A stretch of 23,254 nucleotides of DNA from positions 1 through 23,254 of IMG/VR virus record IMGVR_UViG_2651869755_000006. One strand, given 5' to 3'. The position numbers and the translations under genes are program-made. The notes beneath the pieces were generated by a model. It made no database searches. It had not been told where the DNA came from and was given only the letters and a program-made list of their open reading frames with translations. The stretch comes from a virus. Its lineage: Duplodnaviria > Heunggongvirae > Uroviricota > Caudoviricetes. Of the stretch, positions 9,150-16,877 are shown piece by piece (positions within the stretch are counted from its first letter, which is position 1; every line of letters starts with the position of its first letter).

Positions 9150-10368
9150 CGTTCTTTTCCTCTTTGCCTTTCGTATCTTTAAAGTTATTCAACGGATTTG
9201 CTGCATTTACGCTGACCAGCATTTCATCCAGACCGTCAACCGGGTTCATATCCTCAAATGCCCTGGCTTCATTCCGACTCATCCAGCCATCTGTAATGGC
9301 AAAGTGATAGAACTGCGCACGCTCCTGTGGGGTCCCACGGAGCAACCCCGTGAGGTTGAAACGAACGTAATACCCGGCAGCCCGTTCTGTACGGGTAAAC
9401 AGGCGACGGTTAAGCTCCTGCTCCCAGTTCGCAACCCAGGGCATCATCGTGTAGCGAACAAACTGAATCGCCTGCTGCGTAATATTCGAAAATGTGGCTT
9501 TTTCCAGGTCATTAATCATGTGCGCCGGGACATTAAAAATCCCGGCAATCATCGACCGGTTCAGCTTGGTCATATCAATGATCTGAGCATCCACCGGAGA
9601 AACTGTCAGAGCGCGGTAATCCAGTTGCGCAGGCAGCAACATGGTTTTATTTTCCTGGCTGCGAAGCGCTGTCACCGCCCGCTGCCACATATTTTTAAGC
9701 CTGCCCCAGCTTTGTTCGTTCAGTTCATTTTTCACAGAAATAATACCGGCAGGACGGGCATTACCGTTAAAAAAGGCGCTGGTATACTGCTGGCCACTCA
9801 TTCCCATACCAATGGTTTCAGCATGCTGCATGATCGGGCTCAGTCCCATTTTCTGATTGTTTCCCAGCGCCCTGATATGGATCATGTCGTCCGGACTTAC
9901 CGCAAATGCACCCTCTTCGTTATACACCCCGTAAGTATGACGCCCACCGGTGTTAAGTAACGTGGTTTCCCATGGCATACAGCATTCAAGGCTGGTAACC
10001 TCTCCACGACGATTACGTTTTACCCACGTATAACCATTGCCCCACCCCAGCACATGACGCTGCTTCAGTTCCCGCCACTTATAGCTGGTCTGCCAGGCAT
10101 TAGGTTCATCATGAACGAGCCAGAACAACGGATGATCGCGTGCCGGCTGAACATGCTCATTCGTTTTTCGCATCACATGCAGGGGCATCTGAGCCACACT
10201 GGATGAAATAACATAAATACAGGCATAGACAGCAGCCAGCTTCATGGATGTTTCCGGACTGACATACACATCCCGGGCAAAAATATTATCCGTCTCAGCG
10301 GCCTCTCCGGTTACCGGAACCGAGGGATTTTCCAGAGGCTCACTGCGAAACAGAGCATCAAGAAGCAT
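9142..10368 (-). CDS. Portal protein, HK97 family, 408 aa
   Basis: Size and position downstream of the large terminase, upstream of the protease. Confidence 0.85.
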   Translation of the reverse strand: MLLDALFRSEPLENPSVPVTGEAAETDNIFARDVYVSPETSMKLAAVYACIYVISSSVAQMPLHVMRKTNEHVQPARDHPLFWLVHDEPNAWQTSYKWRELKQRHVLGWGNGYTWVKRNRRGEVTSLECCMPWETTLLNTGGRHTYGVYNEEGAFAVSPDDMIHIRALGNNQKMGLSPIMQHAETIGMGMSGQQYTSAFFNGNARPAGIISVKNELNEQSWGRLKNMWQRAVTALRSQENKTMLLPAQLDYRALTVSPVDAQIIDMTKLNRSMIAGIFNVPAHMINDLEKATFSNITQQAIQFVRYTMMPWVANWEQELNRRLFTRTERAAGYYVRFNLTGLLRGTPQERAQFYHFAITDGWMSRNEARAFEDMNPVDGLDEMLVSVNAANPLNNFKDTKGKEEKNDE

Positions 10369-10498
10369 GTTTTCTCCTCATGGACACCACCAGTGCATAA
10401 AGCAGCAACAAACAGCCCGACAGCATCAGAGACGCTGGCAGACCTGCATACAGATAAACGCCAGCAGTGAGCAAACCGAAACCGATCAGCCCGGTCAT
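10358..10498 (-). CDS. Small hydrophobic protein between terminase and portal, 46 aa (53 aa if started at the GTG at 10519 overlapping the terminase stop)
   Basis: Reads MTGLIGFGLLTAGVYLYAGLPASLMLSGCLLLLYALVVSMRRKHAS; stop overlaps the portal start. Below the 60-aa cut-off of the ORF track. No clear Shine-Dalgarno. Confidence 0.3.
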   Translation of the reverse strand: MTGLIGFGLLTAGVYLYAGLPASLMLSGCLLLLYALVVSMRRKHAS

Positions 10499-10515
10499 AT
10501 CAGTAATAAGCTGTT

Positions 10516-12273
10516 TCACAGAATTAACAGGTCCTCATCAGGATCAAGCGTGGACAGAAAGTCATTCACGCCCCCTCCATTTACCAGAAAGCGGCTCATG
10601 GCTGTAAAAAGCGCAACAGGGCCGTCGATTTTGGCTTCCGGCGTGGATTTATTCGGGAAGATGTTGTCGTTTTTGTCCGGTTTTACAGTAACGTTAGACA
10701 TCATCCAGTTCATGACCGGATGATTGCTGTGATGGAAACGCCCGGCATAAACCAGTGATTCCGTTTCCTTCATGGCCTCTGACAGATTGCGGACCGTCTG
10801 CGGAACCTCCACCAGCGGTATCCCTTCTTCAGCCAGTGCCAGGCTGAACTGCATTGCGCTCCACGGGTCAAATCCCAGTTCCCTGAGGTTTTCACCGCCA
10901 ATCCATTCCAGTAAGTCACTTTTTATCTGTGCATGATCGATAACATCACCATCCGTCAGGATGAGCTTATCCATCTCCGCCCACTTCCGGTAAAGTTCTG
11001 CCTGCTGCCGCGAGCATCGTTCCAGCCGTCCTTCCGGAAGCCAGAATTTAAAATCAGCATGAACATGTCCGTTATCGGTTCGCCAGAGTTTTGCCGCCGC
11101 ACAGATATCAATCTTATGAGCAAGGTCGACGCCGACCCACATGGGATATGTTTTCAGCTCATGTTGTGGAGCAATGTATTCGCACTTCTCCCACTTAATC
11201 ATATCCATCCAGGCAGATTCGGCAGTGACCCACACATTCATGTGTTTGGTAAAAAAATTCACCCGCGCAGAGACCTGCTCCTTCGCTTTTTTCGCCAGAC
11301 GACGCAGATCATCCCAGCGTTTACAGATGCCCAGGCCAGGATTCGCTTTCTGCCAGACCGTTTCATCAAACGGATCATCTCCCTCATCAAGCGTGTAAAT
11401 GATCGCAAAGTAAGAGTCGTCTTTTACAGCGCCCTCCACGTCGCTGTTATAGCCTCGCAATACCTTGATGGCGTAATCACGCTGCTCGTAACAAATCCCT
11501 TCCTTGTTAAAGCCAGCCGTGGTGATACCAAATAACAGGGACTGCAGACGGGCACCGGTTGCCGTTTCCAGAACGTCCCACACGTCGCGGGTTTTATGTG
11601 CATGCAGCTCATCAATAATGGCGCAGTGGATGTTCAGACCGTCCAGGTTGTTTGCATCCGAGGAAAGCGGTTCAAATTTTGATGCGCTCTGCTCCTGGTA
11701 AATCGCCAGCTTGTTGAAATCAAACAACCGCCCGAGTGTCGACCGGGCTTTTCTGACCATATTTTTGGCGTCTTCAAACACGATTCTGGCCTGGTCACGC
11801 GTGGTTGCGGCTGAATACACCTCAGCTCCGCCTTCACTATCTGCCCCCGTCATATACAGGCCGATACCCGATGACAGTGTTGATTTTGCGTTTTTACGGG
11901 CGACTTCGTTGTACGCCGTCCGGAACCGGCGCACCATCACCGGACGTCCGCTGCCATCGCTGCGCATGACAACTTCCCCGGTTTCTTCATTGACCAGCGG
12001 AATGACAAAACCAAAAATATTAATGAGGATAAATACATGCCAGTCCATCAACTCAATGGGCTGGCCTGCCAGTGCCCCTTTTACATGAGGCACAAATTTG
12101 TAGAAATTCAGGATGTGCTGCGCACGGGGTTCACTGAAATAAATCCCCCGCTTTTCGCCGTACTTCAGATCATCAAGAAAACGCTGGCAGGCCAGGCGGA
12201 CAAATTCGCCAGCAACAATTTCTCCTGCAACAACACGTTCGGCGTAGCGGATCCCGTCAGCCACTTTTGCCAT
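10516..12273 (-). CDS. Terminase large subunit, 585 aa
   Basis: Large ORF starting on the terminase small-subunit stop (TGATG overlap), upstream of the portal; start ...VVAGEFVRLACQRFLDDL... consistent with terminase. Confidence 0.9.
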   Translation of the reverse strand: MAKVADGIRYAERVVAGEIVAGEFVRLACQRFLDDLKYGEKRGIYFSEPRAQHILNFYKFVPHVKGALAGQPIELMDWHVFILINIFGFVIPLVNEETGEVVMRSDGSGRPVMVRRFRTAYNEVARKNAKSTLSSGIGLYMTGADSEGGAEVYSAATTRDQARIVFEDAKNMVRKARSTLGRLFDFNKLAIYQEQSASKFEPLSSDANNLDGLNIHCAIIDELHAHKTRDVWDVLETATGARLQSLLFGITTAGFNKEGICYEQRDYAIKVLRGYNSDVEGAVKDDSYFAIIYTLDEGDDPFDETVWQKANPGLGICKRWDDLRRLAKKAKEQVSARVNFFTKHMNVWVTAESAWMDMIKWEKCEYIAPQHELKTYPMWVGVDLAHKIDICAAAKLWRTDNGHVHADFKFWLPEGRLERCSRQQAELYRKWAEMDKLILTDGDVIDHAQIKSDLLEWIGGENLRELGFDPWSAMQFSLALAEEGIPLVEVPQTVRNLSEAMKETESLVYAGRFHHSNHPVMNWMMSNVTVKPDKNDNIFPNKSTPEAKIDGPVALFTAMSRFLVNGGGVNDFLSTLDPDEDLLIL

Positions 12274-12755
12274 CAGTCTCTCGCTTTTAAAAGCTCTGCC
12301 AGCGGATCAACATTATCCGGTCCGGCGGTATTTACTTTTGCCCGGCTTGCCGGTGACATACCAAATTCTGCAAGCATCGCCCGGATCCGCTTCCAGGCAT
12401 CCGCTTTCATCGCAGCAGCTGGGTGTGCCTTAATCAGCACATCACCGTTCTGCGTTTCCGAGCGGTAGGTGTACCCCTCAACATCGAGTGTTTCGCAGTG
12501 ATGCCGGTATTCGGTATAGGCTTCCACCAGTAGCTCAAGCGCACGCGCATCAAGCTGAGAAATGATCCCTTCCGCATTCAGCTCTTCCGCCATTCGCCTG
12601 AACCAGTACTTCCCCTGCGCCCCTAAATGTTGCGGAATTTTAGGGAGACCTTTTTCATCCTTTTTAGCGGTTTTTTTGAGGTCTTTAACTGGCCGCTTTG
12701 AGGGGTTGCCTCGTATCAAATGCAGGCGTGGCGGGATTTTCGGGGGTCCAGACAT
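12273..12755 (-). CDS. Terminase small subunit (P27/HK97-type), 160 aa
   Basis: Immediately upstream of and overlapping the large subunit; basic N-terminus then acidic/helical body. Confidence 0.75.
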   Translation of the reverse strand: MSGPPKIPPRLHLIRGNPSKRPVKDLKKTAKKDEKGLPKIPQHLGAQGKYWFRRMAEELNAEGIISQLDARALELLVEAYTEYRHHCETLDVEGYTYRSETQNGDVLIKAHPAAAMKADAWKRIRAMLAEFGMSPASRAKVNTAGPDNVDPLAELLKARD

Positions 12756-12902
12756 AATCGGTTTTACCTATCAATCATTTAATCACATTCCAAAAAAAAG
12801 TTTTCGAACCTGCGGCGATGCGAGGAAAGGTCAGGCGGCGGTACTGAGCAGCCAGGGTTGCAGAGATTTGACCCGCCCCTCCCCTACAGATGGGAACTGT
12901 TA

Positions 12903-13253
12903 TCAATTGATGCGTTCGCGCGCTGTTTTTGCTTTATGACAGGGCCAGCACAGACTCTGCAGGTTACTGTCTGCATCTGTGCCACCATGAGCTTTCGGAA
13001 TGATGTGGTCCACAGTTCTGGCTTCAACGGCTCTCCCATTGCGCAGGCAGTTCTGACACAGATGATTATCACGCTTCAGTATGCGCGCACGTATGGCATC
13101 CCATTTCGAACCATAGCCACGCTGGTGGCGACTCAGTCCTCGTTGATGCTGTACCCATCCTTCGCCACGATGTTTATCGCAGTAACCAGAACTGTCTGTG
13201 GTTGTTCCTGCACATCCACGCTTACGGCAGGCACGTGGGATTAGTGATGGCAT
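12903..13253 (-). CDS. HNH endonuclease (HK97 gp74-like, terminase-associated), 116 aa
   Basis: Cys/His-rich ORF with ...VDHIIPKAHGG...NLQSLCWPCHKAKT... HNH motif; sits just upstream of the terminase small subunit as in HK97-like phages. Confidence 0.85.
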   Translation of the reverse strand: MPSLIPRACRKRGCAGTTTDSSGYCDKHRGEGWVQHQRGLSRHQRGYGSKWDAIRARILKRDNHLCQNCLRNGRAVEARTVDHIIPKAHGGTDADSNLQSLCWPCHKAKTARERIN

Positions 13254-13295
13254 AAATACCTCATACCCTGCGAAATGTTTACCACGATAAAAAGG

Positions 13296-13775
13296 CTACT
13301 TAATGCACTGAGTGCGGATATACTCCTGTGCCCCTTCCAGTTGCATCTGCATCGTCATCAGCCGCTCTCTGAGGGTGAAATAATCCCGTTCAGCGGTGTC
13401 TTCCAGTCGGGGGCTGGTTGCATTATCCACGCCGGAGGCGGTGGTGGCTTCACGCACTGACTGACAGACTGCTTTGATGTGCAACCGACGACGACCAGCG
13501 GCAACATCAGCGCGCAGAGTTTCATTTTCAGCTTTCGCATTGGCTAATTCTCTCGAGTACTTTGCATCGAGCGCAGCAACATCACGCTGACGCTGCTGCA
13601 TGTCAGCGATGGTGGCGATCGCCAGCTTCAGCTCACTGACTTTTTTATCACGCTGTTCTTTGTAGGCGATGGCGTTATCACGGTAATGATTGACCGCCCA
13701 CGACAGGCAGACGATGATGCAGATAACCAGAGCATAAATAATCGCGGCGACTCTGCTCACTGATCTATCCCCCAA
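13296..13775 (-). CDS. Rz-like inner-membrane spanin (i-spanin), 159 aa
   Basis: N-terminal transmembrane helix ([17 protein letters not shown]) followed by coiled-coil periplasmic domain; immediately after the endolysin; contains a nested lipoprotein ORF. Confidence 0.8.
   Translation of the reverse strand: MGDRSVSRVAAIIYALVICIIVCLSWAVNHYRDNAIAYKEQRDKKVSELKLAIATIADMQQRQRDVAALDAKYSRELANAKAENETLRADVAAGRRRLHIKAVCQSVREATTASGVDNATSPRLEDTAERDYFTLRERLMTMQMQLEGAQEYIRTQCIK
13358..13540 (-). CDS. Rz1-like outer-membrane lipoprotein spanin (o-spanin), nested in Rz in the +1 frame, 60 aa
   Basis: [20 protein letters not shown] lipobox signal followed by a proline-rich short mature peptide (PPPPPAW...); entirely inside the Rz ORF. 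Confidence 0.75.
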   Translation of the reverse strand: MRKLKMKLCALMLPLVVVGCTSKQSVSQCVKPPPPPAWIMQPAPDWKTPLNGIISPSESG

Positions 13776-14290
13776 CAGGCTAATGCGCTTTCCTGGTCAC
13801 GACGAATAACCTGTCCATAGCAGTTATTTGAACGTATGCGGCAATCGCGCCCACCATCTATTATCCACCAGCGAATCGCCTCGCATGCGCCCTTACGATC
13901 ACCGGCATTCAGCCGCTTATAAAACGTCGACGGAAAACACTTACCGGGGCCAATGTTATAGGGACAAAATGACGCGATACCCGCTTTTTGTGGTTCAGTC
14001 AGTGGTACTTTAATATTGCGCTCCACCCATGCCAGCGCCTTATCACGCTCAATGGCGTTGACCTGGTCGCATTTTTCCTTCGACAGTTTCATACCGGGAA
14101 AAACGGGTTTTCCATCCACCATCGTGGCACCCCGACAGATGGTCCAGATGCCGGACCCATCGCGGTATGCCGTTGTGTGGTTACCTTCTTTTTCATCCAG
14201 AAACTGGTCGAGAATATCAGGCGCGGGCGCACCGACGGCAATCAGTGCCAGAACGGCAGCCGACAGGCCGTATCTGATTTTTGCGTTCAT
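13757..14290 (-). CDS. SAR endolysin (phage 21 R / P1 Lyz-type lysozyme), 177 aa
   Basis: Weakly hydrophobic Gly/Ala-rich N-terminus ([19 protein letters not shown]) then lysozyme catalytic region [20 protein letters not shown]; pairs with a pinholin upstream. Confidence 0.85.
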   Translation of the reverse strand: MNAKIRYGLSAAVLALIAVGAPAPDILDQFLDEKEGNHTTAYRDGSGIWTICRGATMVDGKPVFPGMKLSKEKCDQVNAIERDKALAWVERNIKVPLTEPQKAGIASFCPYNIGPGKCFPSTFYKRLNAGDRKGACEAIRWWIIDGGRDCRIRSNNCYGQVIRRDQESALACWGIDQ

Positions 14291-14353
14291 GGATATTTAT
14301 CAGGATTTATCGGTTTCTGCCCACGGACAGGTTTATCTGTTCCGGTCAGTGAC

Positions 14354-14704
14354 TTAAGGTTGTGATTCCGGAGGAGTCTTCAGAGAACCAGTAATTCTTC
14401 CTGGTAGCTTTCCTTTGTAGGTTATCCACACATTCTGCGCATCTAAAATTACGGGGCGCTTTTCCGGCGGCTGCTCATCCCCTTCACATAACCCGGCAGC
14501 AACATCCAGGAAGACCTGTCTGATGCTCCTTCTGGCTGCTGCCTCATAAAACTCCAGCGCGGCACCTTCAACACGGTCCAGCGAGATGTCCAGGTCAAAA
14601 ATTTCACCGTCAAAGCGTTTTTTGTCCCGTAACGCTAAAGTTACCGTAACTTTATTCTCAAAATTGCGGATCCCTTTCACAATCAGTTCATAGTTTTGAG
14701 TCAT
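14354..14704 (-). CDS. Hypothetical protein inserted between holin and endolysin, 116 aa
   Basis: ORF with GGGGAGAG Shine-Dalgarno 9 nt upstream, starting 4 nt after the holin stop; no recognisable motif. Confidence 0.6.
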   Translation of the reverse strand: MTQNYELIVKGIRNFENKVTVTLALRDKKRFDGEIFDLDISLDRVEGAALEFYEAAARRSIRQVFLDVAAGLCEGDEQPPEKRPVILDAQNVWITYKGKLPGRITGSLKTPPESQP

Positions 14705-14708
14705 TGAA

Positions 14709-14924
14709 TTACTCTCCCCGTGCAGCCTTACGACGGTCCTCTCTGATTTTGAAATACAGGTTAGTCAGATATGTCAGGAAGCCCAGAACCAGACTCCCCA
14801 GTACACCAATCGCAGCCCACTGTGACGGACTGACCTGATCAAGCCACTGTAAAAACCAGTAGCCAGCACTGCCTGCGGAGGTGCCGTAGGCAATGCCCGT
14901 TGAAATTTTATCCATGGATTTCAT
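14709..14924 (-). CDS. Pinholin, phage 21 S-type, with dual-start MKSM motif, 71 aa
   Basis: Reads [71 protein letters not shown], matching phage 21 S as I recall it; GGAGGTGA Shine-Dalgarno 4 nt upstream. The ORF-track N-terminal extension to 15023 is rejected. Confidence 0.85.
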   Translation of the reverse strand: MKSMDKISTGIAYGTSAGSAGYWFLQWLDQVSPSQWAAIGVLGSLVLGFLTYLTNLYFKIREDRRKAARGE

Positions 14925-15061
14925 AGCCTCACCTCCGCAGCGAACGGATGGCGTAGTTATAAGGGGAGCGAAAAAGAAAGAATGCGCGATTGCGCAATAT
15001 GGTAACGTCAGGGTATTATCCACTGGCTGAATAGATCACTTCACGTTTTTTGTTCCTTGCC

Positions 15062-15089
15062 GCCCGTATCCATATGCGGGCTTTTTTTT
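15062..15089 (+). terminator. Plus-strand intrinsic terminator-like hairpin
   Basis: GCCCGTAT-CCAT-ATGCGGGC (8-bp stem with one G-T) followed by 8 T on the plus strand; faces the minus-strand hairpin at 15096..15125. Confidence 0.45.
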
Positions 15090-15095
15090 GCATGT

Positions 15096-15125
15096 AAAAA
15101 GGCCCCAACACATGTGCGTGGGGCC
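15096..15125 (-). terminator. Minus-strand terminator-like hairpin upstream of the holin gene
   Basis: Minus-strand RNA: GGCCCCA-(11-nt loop)-UGGGGCC followed by UUUUUAC. Confidence 0.35.
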
Positions 15126-15325
15126 TGAGAGTATACATGGTTTCAGTCAACTGCATGGTGCCGGGTGCCTCCCGGTGAATTCAGTACCAGCACCTGAATC
15201 CGCGATTATCCCATATACCTACTCGCTGATTGCCCCTCCGCACAGGGGGATTCACCATGCCAGTTTCTTTTAACAAACTCCCCGCAAAACAGACAACTGT
15301 CAACCGTCTGAATTGTGAGACATTT

Positions 15326-15354
15326 AAAAAAAAGGCCCGCAAAAGCGAGCCGGG
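15326..15354 (-). terminator. Intrinsic terminator immediately downstream of the tRNA cluster
   Basis: Minus-strand RNA: GGCUCGC-UUUU-GCGGGCC hairpin followed by 8 U, about 12 nt after the tRNA-Arg 3' end. Confidence 0.55.
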
Positions 15355-15365
15355 AAAAATAAGTC

Positions 15366-15442
15366 TGGCGCGTTGTACTGGATTCGAACCAGTGACCGAT
15401 TGCTTAGAAGGCAATTGCTCTGTCCGGTTGAGCTAACAACGC
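15366..15442 (-). tRNA. tRNA-Arg, anticodon UCU (reads AGA)
   Basis: Hand-folded cloverleaf: acceptor GCGTTGT/ACAACGC + G + CCA, D-arm GCTC/GAGC, anticodon stem ATTGC/GCAAT with loop CTTCTAA, T-arm ACTGG-TTCGAAT-CCAGT. Confidence 0.8.
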
Positions 15443-15455
15443 AGGGTACAGATAA

Positions 15456-15532
15456 TGGACCGCCATCGAGGACTCGACCCCCGCGCAACCAGCTTCGAAG
15501 GCTGGTGCTCTATCCTGATGAGCTAATGGCGG
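15456..15532 (-). tRNA. tRNA-Arg-like, anticodon read as UCG (CGA), with non-canonical features
   Basis: Hand-folded: acceptor CCGCCAT/ATGGCGG (C1-G72) + T73 + CCA, D-arm GCTC/GAGC, anticodon stem CCAGC/GCTGG with loop CTTCGAA, T-loop GTCGAGT (G where T54 is expected). Confidence 0.55.
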
Positions 15533-15539
15533 TATGTGA

Positions 15540-15615
15540 TGGTGGCCCTTGCTGGATTTGAACCAGCGACCTGGCGATTATGAGTCGCTCGCTCTCACCT
15601 CTGAGCTAAAGGGCC
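15540..15615 (-). tRNA. tRNA-Ile2-like, anticodon CAU (ileX/ileZ-type, probably lysidine-modified to read AUA)
   Basis: Hand-folded: GGCCCTT acceptor, anticodon loop CTCATAA, T-arm GCTGG-TTCAAAT-CCAGC, ends GGGCCACCA; close to E. coli ileX as I recall it. Confidence 0.75.
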
Positions 15616-15735
15616 GGGCGCAGGATAATAACGTTACGAAATCAATGTTGCAAGCATTCAAAAATCACCTGGTTAAAAATCACCCTTAGCTCCTCCACCA
15701 GCGCATTCACCATGTCTATCCGAAATAAGTGGCAC

Positions 15736-15759
15736 AAAAAAACCCGCTTGTGGGCGGGT
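15736..15759 (-). terminator. tR'-like intrinsic terminator about 70 nt downstream of the Q-like gene (works on both strands)
   Basis: ACCCGC-(6-nt loop)-GCGGGT hairpin flanked by 7 A upstream and a T-rich tract downstream on the plus strand, so a U-tract follows it on either strand. Confidence 0.5.
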
Positions 15760-15813
15760 TTTGTTTGCTTTTGCCATCACGTACAAAATCGGCAAAATAT
15801 CAGATTTGCATGA

Positions 15814-15842
15814 AATATATGCCTTTCAATCTACTTTTGCAA
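15814..15842 (-). promoter_or_regulatory. Candidate late promoter (pR'-like) overlapping the 3' end of the Q-like gene
   Basis: Minus strand: TTGCAA (-35), 17-nt spacer, TATATT (-10); predicted transcript of ~70 nt would end at the terminator at 15736..15759, the lambdoid pR'/short-RNA/tR' layout. Confidence 0.35.
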
Positions 15843-16515
15843 CACTTTGCTTTGAAAATGCCGCCTTTTGTTTTGAACGTGTTCTCATTACAAACAATAA
15901 AGCCTCACTATCCAGTCGTTGAAAAATGTGTTTCATTGCAACCCAGTGACGAGTATATGTTTTGGACCAGTTTTTAGTTGTCACTCCCGCCAGTAATGCC
16001 AGCTCCTGGTATTCATAACCTTCCCCACCAAAAAGTTCTGCTTTTACTGCCTGCGCCGCCAGCCAGATTAATTTTTTCAGGCGTTCCTGCGTTTTCCCTG
16101 CAATTTTTCTGGTACCGGATTGAGTATTAAATTCATTCCACGCCCACTGTGTTATCGCGATCTGATATTCCCAACAAATACTCTCGCCGTAACACCACAA
16201 CAACCAGGCTTTATGATGCTCTTCAAGAGACAGCAAAGCCCGCCGCCATGATGATGTCGAAAACTCAACCGGGCTGACCAGGGCAATTGATGAGCCATTC
16301 GCCAGTGATTGTTTTCCCGGGATTGGTGGATTATCCCGCGTTATCATTTTTCCAGTCACTTCATCGCGGTACCGGATTTTTTTTCGCCTGTAACGCCCTG
16401 TATCGAACATGGCATTCTCCTGCCAGGCTTCAAGCTGACCTTTTGTTGCCCCACTCAAATCAGCGGTGGCGATAATGAGCTGCTCACGCACAAACTGTAA
16501 ATACTGGTTATTCAT
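15826..16515 (-). CDS. Putative late-gene antiterminator Q, 229 aa from the ATG at 16515
   Basis: Position directly downstream of rusA and upstream of the pR'/tR'-like elements, tRNAs and lysis cassette; ATGA overlap with the rusA stop and GGAG Shine-Dalgarno. Family assignment is positional, not by sequence recognition. Confidence 0.55.
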   Translation of the reverse strand: MNNQYLQFVREQLIIATADLSGATKGQLEAWQENAMFDTGRYRRKKIRYRDEVTGKMITRDNPPIPGKQSLANGSSIALVSPVEFSTSSWRRALLSLEEHHKAWLLWCYGESICWEYQIAITQWAWNEFNTQSGTRKIAGKTQERLKKLIWLAAQAVKAELFGGEGYEYQELALLAGVTTKNWSKTYTRHWVAMKHIFQRLDSEALLFVMRTRSKQKAAFSKQSVAKVD

Positions 16516-16877
16516 GCGCACTCCAGTTCTGTGATTTTTATCCCCAGCCGCCCACCAGGAACGAGCTGACCGCGCACAATATTGATTTCATCAAACTGCT
16601 CGTCGTCTATGAGAAGTCCGGCATGCGTCAGCGCATCCAGTGGTGCTTTCAGGATATTGTCCAGGTCACGACGGCGCTTATCCGGTGGCTCTGCAATAAT
16701 TTTTATTGCCAGCCGTCCGGACAGGCTTAATTTCAGCCGCTGCTGGCGAACAATAAGCGCCACAGCCCGGCGATAACGCTTTCCCTCCTCCGAGATAAAA
16801 TATGTGCTGCCACGGCGTCGCCAGTAAGTGTTCACCGTCGGCGGGTAAGGCAAAACAAATTCTATGCGTTCGGTCAT
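16512..16877 (-). CDS. rusA: RusA-family Holliday junction resolvase, 121 aa
   Basis: ...PDKRRRDLDNILKAPLDALTHAGLLIDDEQ... closely parallels the [28 protein letters not shown] region of E. coli RusA as I recall it; typical position just upstream of Q. Confidence 0.85.
   Translation of the reverse strand: MTERIEFVLPYPPTVNTYWRRRGSTYFISEEGKRYRRAVALIVRQQRLKLSLSGRLAIKIIAEPPDKRRRDLDNILKAPLDALTHAGLLIDDEQFDEINIVRGQLVPGGRLGIKITELECA

Noticed and set aside
10933-12468. Plus-strand ORFs (up to 200 aa) antisense to the large terminase
   Set aside because: Nested antisense to a 585-aa ORF in the correct operon position; no independent support.
14925-15023. N-terminal extension of the holin ORF ([33 protein letters not shown])
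   Set aside because: The phage 21-type holin starts at the MKSM dual-start motif, which has a strong GGAGGTGA Shine-Dalgarno; the extension has no support.
15128-15325. Possible Shiga toxin or other cargo gene between the tRNAs and the holin
   Set aside because: This is the slot where stx sits in Stx phages, but the interval is only about 200 bp and contains no credible ORF.
15181-15561. ORFs of 62-77 aa overlapping the tRNA cluster on both strands
   Set aside because: They run through tRNA genes and terminator hairpins; chance open frames.
15729-15977. 82-aa plus-strand ORF across the Q 3' end and the tR'-like hairpin
   Set aside because: Antisense to the Q-like gene and spans the terminator and promoter elements; no Shine-Dalgarno.
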